The notes under the pieces were generated by a model. That model did not search any database, was not told the DNA's origin, and saw only the letters and a program-made list of their open reading frames with translations. This document shows, one piece after another, positions 27,998 to 41,829 of a stretch of 64,000 nt of DNA. A program made the translations under genes and the position numbers. How positions within the stretch are numbered: the first letter of the stretch is position 1; every line of letters begins with the position of its first letter. This DNA comes from Eledone cirrhosa (lineage: Eukaryota), in contig OZ024742.1 in the NCBI GenBank assembly GCA_964016885.1, positions 286,378,001-286,442,000 on the forward strand, read 5' to 3'.

Positions 27998-28112
27998 ATT
28001 CAGTGTTGCATCTAGTCAGGTTTGATCTGTAATAGGTCTTGCCTCGAGCTGATCGATAGTGAAACATGTAATATGTTATTAAATATGTTATGATGCAACA
28101 CTGAATCCTTAT
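27992..28112. repeat. 21-bp perfect inverted repeat abutting (TA)n
   Basis: ATAAGGATTCAGTGTTGCATC (27992-28012) pairs with GATGCAACACTGAATCCTTAT (28092-28112). The spacer resembles the reverse complement of 35078-35135. Confidence 0.75.
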
Positions 28113-28257
28113 TCCTTATCCTTATAGTCTATACACTGCTCTGCGCGATCATCGAGTGCTCAACTGGCATACCGACTACGGACACATTTTTCATGCAACC
28201 ATACAACTATATGTGTGTGTGTGGGGGGGGGGGGGGTCAGTGTGTGTGTGTGTGCGT

Positions 28258-28515
28258 GTGTGTGATTGAGCAAGACACTTTATTTCACACTGCTCCAGTT
28301 TACTCAGCTGTAAAAATGAGTTGCGACGTCACTTGTGCCAAGCTCTATCGGTCTTTGCCTTTCCCTTGGTCAACATCGGTAGCGTGGAGAGGAGGGACTG
28401 GTATGTATGGGCGACTGACTGTCTTCCATAAGCAACCTTGCCCGAACTTTTGTCTCAGGGAGGGAACTTTATAGGTGCAAATCTCATGGTTATTTGTGAC
28501 CGAAGGGAGTCTTTA
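28258..28515 (+). mobile_element. SINE fragment of a second family
   Basis: TTGAGCAAGACACTTTATTTCAC..CTCCAGTTTACTCAGCTG is a CORE/V-like SINE body. The same motif follows the tRNA-like head at 59066-59178. Confidence 0.55.
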
Positions 28516-29553
28516 TATACAGCTTGTCCTCCCCCAAAAATTGTAACTACATTTTGGCGCCTCATACCTAATTGAATGTTTTATTTATTTTCAAATCAAA
28601 TTGATCTTAATAATGTCAGAAGTACGACTAAGGTTTAAAAAAAGAAAATACATAGTAAACTGCCACTGGAATTACAAAAACATCATAGAAGAAAATGGAA
28701 AAATATTTCCAGCAAATCATTCCAATTTCTTCATTAAAACAAATCGGTCGTAAGAGAGTTGAGAGTCTGACCAGGATTGGAAAAGTGTTGATACCTAACA
28801 TTAAACTTTCATCGACAATAATTAGCTCCACAGCATGAATTTCTGGAGACTTTTCAGGGTGTATTTTTATATTAGAAATATGTTTCCCAATACAAGCAAA
28901 AGTACTTTTAAACTGCAGCACAAAATTAGACAGTTGGTTGATTAAATACTATTACAATGTCTGCTGTTACGCTGTATAAAAGTGTCATTTCTTTTTTTCT
29001 TTAAGATATTAAATTCATCATCCTGTTTCCTTAGCCTAAACAGACTCAATGATAAACCTCCAGGTAGATCTGTTGCTTTTTGCATTGCCTAGATCCTGAT
29101 CAATTATGATTCAGTTAAACTTGCCAAAGTTTTAGCAAGATTTTAACATAATGATCTTCATTAATTTCATTGAAAAAAAAAACAAAAAAATGTTTAAATG
29201 ATAAACACTTTCAGATCTATTTGTACTTTCATCATGGAAATTCGTATTTTCTGGCATGTTTACATGCCTACATATTAGATATGTGTATATAAGTATACAC
29301 GTTGGTGCTGTCTCGATTACACACTCTGTATTTATAGATATAACTTTATCATACACTTTAGCGCACTTCTTTATATATATATGTGCCCACAGACCAGTTA
29401 AAATGTTATAGCTATGCCCTCTACAATCCTTTATCACTTTCGTTTTCACACACCACTACCCTGCCCACCCTATGTTAGTTACCCTTTCTCAATTAAATCC
29501 CCTCCCCACCCCGAGTCTTCCTTTATGTATGCCGGGTCTGCTATTGAAATGTT

Positions 29554-29608
29554 AGTTTGTCTGATGACTCTGTTTATCAAACAGACGAAACTCCAGAGTA
29601 AAAAGACT
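29554..29608 (+). ncRNA. Type I hammerhead ribozyme motif (family H3)
   Basis: Reads AGTTTGT-CTGATGA-C-TCTGTTT-ATC-AAACAGA-C-GAAAC-TCCAGA-GTA-AAAAGACT: 7-bp stem II, ACTC/GAGT stem III and a GUA cleavage triplet. Confidence 0.78.
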
Positions 29609-29803
29609 CACTATTTAGCCTTAAAAAATGAATATTAAAACTATAATCGGTATTGAGTACTAATTTCTCCCAGCCTTCAAGCACATACGTATATATATAT
29701 ATATGTGTGTGTGTGTATTTATATATATATATGTATATTTATATATATATATGTATATATATGTATATATATATATATGTATATCTATATATGTGTGTGT
29801 GTG

Positions 29804-29879
<76 letters not shown>

Positions 29880-30318
29880 GAGAGAGACAGACAGACAGAG
29901 AAAGAAAGAAAGAGAGAGGGGGAGAGAGGGGAGAAATCCAATAAATACAAAAGCCTTTTACCAATGGATTCCTGTTGTCTATCGAATATTCATTATTCAT
30001 ATACAAAGATTTATATACACAAAAATATATTCAAAATTACTTGGAATGACTTTATTGATGTCTATACAATTTCTACTCAATAAATCTACTTTTAAGCCAA
30101 CATATATATGTATTTTTTATAATTTTCATTCTTTTCTATGATTATGCGTTATGTCTATCGAATATTAATATACAAAATGTTGTATCTGCCAAACATGTAC
30201 AATTGATTTTCTTGCAATTTGAAATATTTTCAGAATTGTTTTTGTGCGTGCGTGTTTTTTTAACATCCATAACTGTAGTTACACGTTATATATATTTATG
30301 GAGTAGTATTATGTCTAC

Positions 30319-30424
<106 letters not shown>

Positions 30425-30510
30425 TATACATATATATATATATTTATAAATATACATATATGAGAAGGAAAAAACGATGAACTTTCGTTTACATGCATTT
30501 ATGCTTTTAA

Positions 30511-30561
<51 letters not shown>

Positions 30562-30630
30562 GTGTATATATATGTGTGTATATATATATATATGTATACA
30601 TATATGTGTATATATATATATATATATACA

Positions 30631-30725
<95 letters not shown>

Positions 30726-30747
30726 GAATATATATATATGTATATAC

Positions 30748-30778
<31 letters not shown>

Positions 30779-31047
30779 TGAATATATATATATGTATATA
30801 CATATATATATACATGTATGTATATATATAATTATCCGAATTACATGGGATGCTATCGTTGTCCCTGTCATTTCACTTCCATAAATCTTCTGGTAAGTTG
30901 AATTATTTTTCAGAAAGATAAAATCGAAATACTCGTATCTATGGTTACACATTATAGTTATCGAATATTTATATGATTATGAATTATCCTAAAAGAAGAT
31001 ATTTCAATTTAGTCAGGAGTCAATACAATTCGTGTTCTCTCGCTTTG

Positions 31048-31097
<50 letters not shown>

Positions 31098-31217
31098 CAT
31101 ATATATATGTATGTATGTGTGTGTGTGTGTGTGTTTGTGTGTGTGTTTGTGTATGTGTATGTGTGTATGTGTGTATGTATATATATATATGTATATATAT
31201 ATATGTATATATATATG

Positions 31218-31308
<91 letters not shown>

Positions 31309-31320
31309 ATATAAATATAC

Positions 31321-31351
<31 letters not shown>

Positions 31352-31364
31352 CATATATTTATAC

Positions 31365-31414
<50 letters not shown>

Positions 31415-31466
31415 GGAGGAGGTTATAGTTCACTTGAAGCATTGTGTAATGAGGTATAAACGTTTG

Positions 31467-31835
31467 TATATGTATAATAAAGCCAAAACAATGCAGGTAT
31501 GGACATAGAATAAAGAATGCAAATGCAAAAGATATTGTTGACAATTAGTCTTTTACCTTAGATTTATTTAAATGTCCTTAATTTTCGAGATAATATCTCT
31601 TCTTCGGAGGGAAGTAAAGCGGTTAAACCAGTGTTCTACATAGCTTGCCAAGTCATGACTTGGCAAGCTATATAGAACACTGGTTTAACCGCTTTACTTC
31701 CCTCCGAAGAAGAGATATTATCTCGAAAATTAAGGACATTTAAATAAATCTAAGGTAAAAGACTAATTGTCAACAATATCTTTTGCATTTGCATTCTTTA
31801 TTCTATGTCCATACCTGCATTGTCTTGGTTTTATT

Positions 31836-31844
<9 letters not shown>
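31467..31844. mobile_element. Spacerless palindrome with 189-bp arms, centre 31655/31656, and an HHR-like motif in each arm
   Basis: Centre reads ..GCTTGCCAAGTCA|TGACTTGGCAAGC..; only a few mismatches between arms; flanked by (TA)n. Confidence 0.9.
31701..31735 (+). ncRNA. Minimal hammerhead motif, U4C variant (mirror at 31576-31610 on minus)
   Basis: Reads CCT-CCGAAGA-A-GAGAT-ATT-ATCTC-GAAA-AT-TA-AGG. Stems I and II are perfect and stem III is the palindrome AATT. Confidence 0.55.
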
Positions 31845-31908
<64 letters not shown>

Positions 31909-31974
31909 TATACATATATGTATATATGTATATATATGTATATATGTATATATATATGTATATATGTATATATG

Positions 31975-32213
<239 letters not shown>

Positions 32214-32234
32214 CTATATATATATGTATATATA

Positions 32235-32420
<186 letters not shown>

Positions 32421-32584
32421 GGAAAGTTATATTTAAATTGTTGGGTTACAACTAGTAAATACTTATAACTGATATAAAAGCACTCGACAAGTATTTGGAG
32501 TATATTTAATATGATATCCCTGAAATATATATAATGAAATAAATATGGTTTTATAAATATAGTTTCCATTTATTTAATATCGTG

Positions 32585-32654
<70 letters not shown>

Positions 32655-32690
32655 CATATATATATATTCAATTCATTAAATCTAAATAGT

Positions 32691-32751
32691 GGGTCTTGTT
32701 ACTCTGGATGACCCTGTGATTAACAGGCGAAACTCCTGAGTATCAAAACTC
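32691..32751 (+). ncRNA. Hammerhead motif, family H3, with an extra G in the core
   Basis: Reads CTGGATGA-C-CCTGT-GATTA-ACAGG-C-GAAAC-TCCTGA-GTA. The downstream ~80 bp match the sequence following 29608. Confidence 0.55.
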
Positions 32752-32850
32752 ACTATGTAGCCTTAATAAAATGAATATTTAAACTCAACTTCAGTATTAA
32801 GTACTTTCCCCACAGCCGTCAACTATATACGGATATATATATGTATATAT

Positions 32851-32883
<33 letters not shown>

Positions 32884-32887
<4 letters not shown>

Positions 32888-33195
32888 CATGAATGTATGT
32901 ATAGTATATTTGGCAATATACCGTATGTTTAATTAAAAACATATTGAAGACCATACGCTATCATTTTTAAAGTAGTGACTATGTCACTTACTTCCATTCG
33001 GCGAAAGAAGGGAGCGAAGCTAACAGTCTGTTTCACGCTGTTTGGCGATCATCAGAGCCACGCACTCCCTGCTTCCGCCGAAAAGAAGTAAGTGACATAG
33101 TCACTACTTTAAAACCGATAGCGTATGGTCTTCAAAATATGTTTAATTAAACATACGGTATATTGGCAAATATACTATACATACATTCATGTATA
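32884..33195. mobile_element. Foldback element with ~122-bp arms and an HHR in its loop
   Basis: 32884-33005 and about 33073-33195 are reverse complements. Confidence 0.85.
33010..33069 (-). ncRNA. Type I hammerhead ribozyme motif in the palindrome loop
   Basis: Minus strand reads GGGAGTGCGTGGCT-CTGATGA-T-CGC-CAAACA-GCG-T-GAAAC-AGACT-GTT-AGCTTCGCTCCC. Stem I is GCT/AGC extended by GGGAG/CTCCC. Confidence 0.75.
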
Positions 33196-33214
33196 CATCG
33201 CTATTTCAGACTAC

Positions 33215-33350
33215 CAATCCTAATACCTAATGTTTAGCCCATTGCACTTCAAGAAATATAAATAACGCATGTGTAAAGTTTAAAAAAAATCGGTCGCGTA
33301 CTTCTCGAGTTTTAGGGATTTACACAGACAGACAGACAACCTCTGTTATA
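33215..33350. mobile_element. Possible Helentron-associated (HINE/DINE-1-like) element end
   Basis: AAAGTTTAAAAAAAATCGGTC..TCTCGAGTT..ACAGACAGACAGACAA..TATATA resembles the (CAGA)n-bearing end of DINE-1/HINE elements (from recall). Confidence 0.35.
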
Positions 33351-33355
33351 TATAT

Positions 33356-33512
<157 letters not shown>

Positions 33513-33535
33513 TATGAAGTTGTGGATGTTAGTCC

Positions 33536-33684
33536 TTTAATAATTGTTTCTACTTTTGGTACAAGGCCAGCAAATAATAAAGTCCTTTAATAATTGTTTC
33601 TACTTTAGGCACAAGGTCAGCAATTACCCAGTGCATTACTAGTACTTTATTTTATCGACCCCGTAAGGATGAAAGGCAAAGTCA
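33536..33684 (-). mobile_element. 5'-truncated SINE with duplicated tail
   Basis: TAATTGTTTCTACTTT..ACAAGG occurs twice, followed by TTTATTTTATCGACCCCGTAAGGATGAAAGGCAAAGT. Confidence 0.75.
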
Positions 33685-33693
33685 AATAATAAA

Positions 33694-33767
33694 GCTGTGA
33701 TATATATTTCAATGACGATCATAGTCACTTAATTATTTAACCAATTCTCGTGATTTCATCAGACAGC
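33694..33767 (-). ncRNA. Type I hammerhead ribozyme motif (family H4)
   Basis: Minus strand reads GCTGT-CTGATGA-AATCAC..GTGACTATGATCGTCATT-GAAA-TATATA-TC-ACAGC: perfect stem I, palindromic stem III ATATATAT and an AUC triplet. Confidence 0.75.
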
Positions 33768-34114
33768 AATATTGAGTAAAAGGTTACATTTCCGAGGCAA
33801 TCCTATATTTAAGGGAACGGACAAAAAATTATGCTTTTGCTGGGATTGTCCGTCCCCTTGTTATCTTAAATAATCTTAAATAATCAAATATGTATCAGAG
33901 CTTTGTTATTAAATGACTCTTTAACAACTACAACTTCGCATCATCCTTATTTTGATGAAGTAAGTCGAGTGCTTGATGTGGATTGCATGTATATCTACCC
34001 TACATATATATACAGTATATATATATATATATATATATCCACCCCACTCTCAAGACCGTGAAACTAATAAACCTTTGTTCGTACTGCCCCTCTGTTTTGT
34101 TCCCGTTCAATTTT

Positions 34115-34175
<61 letters not shown>

Positions 34176-34315
34176 TATTTGAGTTTGTTGGTTCACCACT
34201 GGATAGAACTGGTCACTCTGTGTGGTCAACCTCGATGTAATACGATAGAAAGCACTCAACGTAATGCAACTCACTCGTCTTCGTTTGTGTAGTTGGTGGT
34301 GCGAGTACGGAGTCG

Positions 34316-34639
34316 ATTATTACAAAATAACAGGAGGCATGTACTGGTGTAAATCCTTGAAAGATTTATTATACTATGATTATTTCAATGACCGGGTTCA
34401 GTATGAATCCGGTGACATCATCAGCGGCCGGCGGAGCTAGAAGCTGCTAAATTGCCGGCCGCCCTCCTGTCTCTGATTTAAACACCATGGATTTTTATCT
34501 GTTATATTCCTTCGTTATATTTTGAATTACCTGATGATGTCACCGGATTCATACTGAACCCGGACATTGAAATGATCATAGTGTAATAAACCTTTCAAGG
34601 ATTTACACAAGTACATACCTCCTGTTATTTTGTAATAAT
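34316..34639. mobile_element. Foldback element with 109-bp arms (34316-34424/34531-34639) whose inner ends coincide with the HHR core
   Basis: The left arm ends ..CATCATCAG and the right arm begins CTGATGATG... The spacer holds a GCGGCCGGC/GCCGGCCGC hairpin. Confidence 0.85.
34526..34587 (+). ncRNA. Type I hammerhead ribozyme motif
   Basis: Reads ATTAC-CTGATGA-TGTCACCGGATTCA-TAC-TGAACCCGGACATT-GAAA-TGATCA-TA-GTGTAAT, with a long stem II and palindromic stem III ATGATCAT. Confidence 0.75.
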
Positions 34640-34817
34640 TGTTTCTATTTTAGGCACAAGGCCAGCAATTACCCAGTACATTACTGGTACTTTATTTTAT
34701 CGACCCCGTAAGGATGAAAGGCAAAGTTAACCTCGGCGGGATTTGAACTCAGATCGTAAATGGACGTAACTATGCTGGAAAGCATGGCGTCCGACCCTCT
34801 ACTGATACTACCAATCC
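34636..34817 (-). mobile_element. tRNA-derived SINE, near full length
   Basis: Reverse complement of the 27352/48371 family, including the head GGATTGGTAGTATCAGTAGAGGGTCGGACGCC. Confidence 0.85.
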
Positions 34818-34828
34818 ATGTAATAATA

Positions 34829-34912
<84 letters not shown>

Positions 34913-35378
34913 GGTGTGTAACAACAGTTACAGGCGGTGCGACGACTAAGCACTCAATGCTGTCACAAGGTCCGTTTCGTTTGGATTGTATTACAGCGTT
35001 ACAGCTGTAGTATGCAGAGTGTAAGTAGATTTAAAAGAATCGAAGTCAGTGTTGCAGCATATGTACAAACTTTATTTGGATATTACAATTGTTTTAATAT
35101 CGATCAGCTCAGGGTACCATCAAGGTGACTAGACCCGACACCTTTTCGACATCTCGTCAGATATGCGAACTTATATGTGCAAAACACATATAAAGTTTAG
35201 AAAATATGGCAAGGAAGTTACGGGAACAAGAAGGAAAGGAATCATCTTCATCATCATCATCACCAGTTGGCCCCCAGGTTGTTGACCTCATCGTGGCAGG
35301 CCATCGAAACTGGTCACTGTTCTCTGAACCCAACCAGACGAACGACAATAACTAGAGACAACAACAGTCTCGTACTTT

Positions 35379-35379
<1 letters not shown>

Positions 35380-35425
<46 letters not shown>

Positions 35426-35563
35426 TGATGACGACGACCACCACCACCACCACCATCACCATCACTACTACTACTATTGCCACTACTACTAAAACTAATA
35501 CTACTACAACGACGACGACCACCATCACCATCACTACTACTACTATTGGTGGCTACTACTATA

Positions 35564-35619
<56 letters not shown>

Positions 35620-35707
35620 AGCTGATGACTAGCAACAATTATAAAGTCTACTACAACTACATCAAATATTACTAATACAACAACAACAACAACAATAACT
35701 ACTGCTG

Positions 35708-35750
<43 letters not shown>

Positions 35751-35773
35751 CACTACTACTACTACTACTATTA

Positions 35774-35805
<32 letters not shown>

Positions 35806-35866
35806 ACTACTACTACTACCACTACTACTACAATAACAAAAACAAATATTACTAATGCAACGGCAG

Positions 35867-35904
<38 letters not shown>

Positions 35905-35905
35905 G
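35380..35905. repeat. (ACT)n/(ACC)n trinucleotide microsatellite region
   Basis: Seen directly. Confidence 0.9.
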
Positions 35906-36021
35906 CAAGACAGACAACATTGAATGTGAAGAAATAAGCCTCGTTACTTAAACACACAAACCGGAAATCCTGTCTTGTTCCTGTGAACTTAGGATGATTC
36001 AGAAAGGCGCAAAAGAAGGAG

Positions 36022-36091
<70 letters not shown>

Positions 36092-36241
36092 GGAGAAAGC
36101 AAGGAAGGAAGAAAGAACGAAGGGAGTGACTGAGGGAGTGTATGAGGGTGGGAGAATAGGAGAAAAAGACGAAAAGATTCAGACAGAGAAAGCAAGACGG
36201 ATGGATCTTGACGCTAAGTAGGGGTTTTACAAATAGCACTT

Positions 36242-36292
<51 letters not shown>

Positions 36293-36333
36293 CCTCTCAC
36301 TCTCTCTCTCTCACTCTCTCTCTCTCTCTCTCC

Positions 36334-37260
<927 letters not shown>

Positions 37261-37368
37261 TATATATATATATATAAATTGCTCTACGGTTCTTATATAT
37301 TTGATATATATTTATCCTTATCGAGCCCTCTTTGGATTTTAGTCTTCAAATTTATTATTATTACTATA

Positions 37369-37448
<80 letters not shown>

Positions 37449-37526
37449 GTGAGTGTGTGACATGATGTCAAATTCAATTCTCCCACTCACCATTTTACTA
37501 TTACACGCGCGCGCGCGCGCGCACAC

Positions 37527-37575
<49 letters not shown>

Positions 37576-38136
37576 TACTTTTGGAATACCTCCCTCCTCG
37601 TAGCATCAGAATTTCTAAAAAAGGGTTATGATTGATTCCCTTTCACCTGATCAAGCGATAAAAAGAATGCATGTATATATATATATATATATTTATGGCG
37701 TTTCGAGCCACTTTTTTCTATATAAAACAAGTAACATTCAAAGACCAACCAGATGTGAGAAAAACCACTGACCCTCCATCTCAACTCTACTTTTGAAAAA
37801 CAGAAGAACTGCGAAACCGGTAAAGGAACCAAATAAATATATATATATATTTTTAAATAAGACTCCACTTGCATTTTCGATTTCATCTTTTTTTCTTTAT
37901 ACTTTCACGCGTGTAGGACACCGGTTATTTTTCATTTTGTAAAAAACCCTCACTTTCTAATATATATATGTATATATATATATATGTGTGTGTGTGTGTA
38001 AGTATGCATACGTGCACACACACTCACACACAGACACACATACACACACACATATATATATGAGTCTACTCTGCCAATGTGTACTTAAGAAAATACTATA
38101 TATTTTCAACCGTTTAAGAGATTAGCAGAGGTCTAT

Positions 38137-38175
38137 AGTCCTGATGAAGGGTAATGACCCAGGAACATGTTGATT
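38137..38175 (+). ncRNA. Minimal hammerhead motif with an A13G core change
   Basis: Reads AGTC-CTGATGA-A-GGGT-AATG-ACCC-A-GGAAC-AT-GTT-GATT, with palindromic stem III AACATGTT. Confidence 0.55.
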
Positions 38176-38317
38176 GTTCCTCAATGCCAGTGTTGAAAAA
38201 ACGGATGACGATTTGTTATCGGCACGGCACAGCTTCAATCGGGCCGTTTGTTTACAAATGAATCAATCGAATATTATTATTAATATTCGTTATAACCCAT
38301 ACGTACATATGTATGTG

Positions 38318-38431
<114 letters not shown>

Positions 38432-38471
38432 CGTGTGTGCGTGTGCGTGCGTGTGTATATATATATATATA

Positions 38472-39531
38472 TAATCGGGACCACAAACAAGAGAAGAAAA
38501 GTTTCCCTTCGTCAGCTGTATACTACGGATCTTGGATGCTTCCGCGCTTAAAACAGAACATCGATCCGTAGCGCACCCATGGCCTTTTATCTATCAAAAG
38601 GCCATGAGGGAAAGAAGTGATAGTGAAGAGAGAGGAAGAAAGAAAAAAGGAAGAAGAAAAAAGGAAAGAAGGAAAAATCGAAGTAAACATAACGATAGAA
38701 GGTGGAACACAGGGCAATGGCACATGTATGTAAGTAACAGAAGAGAAAATAGATCAAGTTATAATAAGCCGATGGGTATAAGTCTGGTGGCCATAATAAC
38801 AGAGGAGGTAGGTTTTTTCCGTGGCGATTCTCAGTACAGTGAGTGTAGAGAGAGAGAAAGGCAGAGAAATCGGAAGTGAGAGAGAGTAGAGGACAGAGGG
38901 GGTGAGTAAGAGGGATAGAGAGAGGGGGAGAAGGGAAAGGGAGTTAATCCAAAAGGGGTTTACGACACACGTGCGACCGAGTCCGAAAACAACCAAATAG
39001 ATAGGGAAGAAGAGAGAGAGAGGGGGGGAGTCGATCCGAAAGCGTGGTGGCACATAAGTCCGGCCAAGGACAACAAATCGAGCAAGACAAGTAGAGAGGA
39101 GGTCACAGCAGTAAATACAAAAATATGGCTTAGGAGGCGAGGCTGTGTGGTTACTGAAAACGAAGTCTTAGAAGGTAATCGGGACACAAACAAAAGAAGA
39201 AAAATTTCCCTTCGTCAGCTGTATACTATGGATCTTGGATGTTTCGGCGCTTAAAACAGAACATCGATCTGAAGCACGCCCATGGCTTTTTATCTATTAA
39301 AAGGCCATGAGGGAAAGAAGTGATAGTGAAGAGAGAGGAAGAAGGAAAAAGGGAAGAAGAAAAAAACGAAAAAACGAAAAAACGAAGTAAACATACCGAT
39401 AGAAGGAGGAACACAGGACAATGGCACATGTATGTAAGTAACCAAAGAGAAAATAGATCAAGTTATACTAAGCCGATGGGTATAAGTCTGGTGGCCATAA
39501 TAACAGAGGAGCTCGGTTTTTCCGTGGCGAT
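38472..39531 (-). mobile_element. Partial tandem element: ~355-bp direct repeats (38472-38828, 39176-39531) around a ~350-bp core, resembling a PLE pseudo-LTR arrangement
   Basis: The direct repeats are evident by eye. Minus translation of the core ends FGLGRTCVVNPFWINS, weakly like the PLE endonuclease end (LG...P.G+N). Confidence 0.55.
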
Positions 39532-40012
39532 GAAGAAAGTTGGTTGATCAAAAATCTTTCGACTTATTCTTATTAAACAGATGTGAAACACTCCACGATT
39601 TGTGTTCTTTTGGATTTTCTCCGTAAGGTATCGTTCGGAGTTTTAGTATAATGAATATATGGCTTCTACATAACTAGAACTGTTTCGTATGAAATCATCA
39701 TATATATATTTTTTTATTTATTTATTTATATTTATATATAATGTATGTATATCCAGTATATATATACAGTATATATATATATATGTGTATGTATGTATGC
39801 ATATACATATGTATGTATATATGTATGTATGTATGTATGCATGTATGTACGTATGTATGTACGTATGTATGTACGTATGTACGTATGTACTTATGTACGT
39901 ATGTACGTATGTACGTATATCCGTATGTATGTATGCAAAAATTAAACAGAAATAATTAAGTACAATAAAGAAATATATTAGTTGAACGCTTGAAAATAGG
40001 ATATATATATAT

Positions 40013-40406
40013 ATATGAAAAAAGTTTGTCCTTCATCAGTGATCTTCCAACCATCATAGGCATTTCATCGCTTTAAAGACCATATACATCCGGTTGGTGC
40101 GAGCAACGGCTAAAAAATGTCGTTGGGACACGTAAGCTCACATTTCAACCAGGTTTGATGGTCTTTATTCTCTCGTTCACGATTTCACTGAATTTAAATT
40201 CATAGAAATCTGGCACTTGTCTCTTTCTTCCTCACTTTCTGTTGCTTCACCATTTTGTTTGTTTACCCTCGCGTCCCCTTTATTTACGTGTCCCAACGAC
40301 TTTTTTTAGCCGTTGCTCGCACCAACCGGAGGTATATGGTCTTTAAAGCGATGAAATGCCTATGATGGTTGGAAGATCACTGATGAAGGACAAACTTTTT
40401 TCATAT
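40013..40406. mobile_element. Foldback element with 123-bp arms (40013-40135/40284-40406), 148-bp spacer, between (TA)n tracts
   Basis: The arms are near-perfect reverse complements. The right arm and its continuation are homologous to 53260-53365. Confidence 0.87.
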
Positions 40407-40793
40407 GTAACCATTTGCAACTCCGCAGCGCCCTTATTATCATATATATATATATATATATGGGGGAAGGGTGTATGTAAATGTATATGATTGTGTGTGT
40501 GTATTGTGGCTGAGCGTATGGTGTAGAATATGTATTAGTAGAGAGAGATACACAAAGCCACGGAAAAGTCAGCGAACTGTTATAGACAGATAAATAGATA
40601 TAGTGGAATGCTTTAATATACGCATCTATATAGTATAGGTATTATATATAGGCTAAAAACTATAACTTGTAGAGCATAATCTTCTTAAAATTATATGTAG
40701 ATGTACAAATTTACAGTATATTATAAGCATTGTAAGTATTGTAAGCAAAAATTTATTCTAAAATAAAAATATAATTTCACCTACAATTTCGTG

Positions 40794-40842
<49 letters not shown>

Positions 40843-40936
40843 GTGGATGGATACTTCAACAGGTACAATGTACTTGTAGAAATATTCAAGTTGTTTATAA
40901 TACATGTGGTTCAATGGCACTAATTCGAGATACCAG

Positions 40937-41029
<93 letters not shown>

Positions 41030-41032
<3 letters not shown>

Positions 41033-41187
41033 AAGTCACGTCGGTGTGACGCTGAATCTCCCAGAGAATTACGTTATAGGTACGTGTGTCTGTGGAATGC
41101 TCAGCCACTTGCACGCTAATTTCACAACCAGGTTGCTCCGTTGATCAGATCTATTGGAACGCTCGTCGTCGTAACCGACGGAATGCC
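41030..41187 (+). mobile_element. SINE 3' fragment between (TA)n tracts
   Basis: CTGAATCTCCCAGAGAATTACGTTA..CGTGTGTCTGTGGAATGCTCAGCCACTT matches 45898-45960 and 46100-46165. Confidence 0.65.
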
Positions 41188-41195
41188 ATATATAC

Positions 41196-41228
<33 letters not shown>

Positions 41229-41235
41229 TACACAT

Positions 41236-41829
41236 ATGCAACAGGATGCAAACCTTCTAAATACCTCTGTAGCAAGCAGCCATAGTAACGGCAGTAACAA
41301 AAGAAATAACACTAGTATAAGAAATAACACCGGGGCTGACAACCCGAATGTCCAAAATCCTATAGCTACCACCCAGACTTCTGCACTGCATTATAACCAG
41401 CAGACTAACACACAGGATAATTGTAACTGTAGAGCTAAGAGAACCTGCCCTTTAGATAAAAAATGCCTAACCAAGGATATCATATACTCATGCACCGTCA
41501 CAACTAGCAACTCTTCAGAAACCTGCTGCAAAATCAGATATAATTCGCACATCCACTCGTTCAAAAAGCACAGCCTAGCCAACTCCACCTCACTATCTAG
41601 CTACATACACTATCTAAAAACTAAAAATAAACCATACACACTCAAATTGGAAGTGATAGGCAGCGCGACTTCGTACAAACCACCTAATAAATTTTGTAAC
41701 CTCTGTATACTAGAGACCCACAATATTATCTTCTCCAACCGTAACCTACTTAACAAAAAATCTGAGGTGTTTGCAACTTGCCAGCACCGCTTCAGACATT
41801 CCTTCCAAAACTTTAAGCCCAATATATAG
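41236..41829 (+). pseudogene. PLE GIY-YIG endonuclease remnant (Cys-rich type, YIG motif deleted)
   Basis: CNCRAKRTCPLDKKCLTKDIIYSCTV..CKIRYNSHIHSF..STSLSSYIHYLK..FCNLCILETHNI..LLNKKSE..CQHR fits the CNC..CPL...C / R...H..SF / C.LCL.E PLE endonuclease pattern. Confidence 0.8.

Noticed and set aside
28628-28921. ELIIVDESLML as a piggyBac transposase or helicase Walker B remnant
   Set aside because: Single short motif with no supporting neighbouring motifs.
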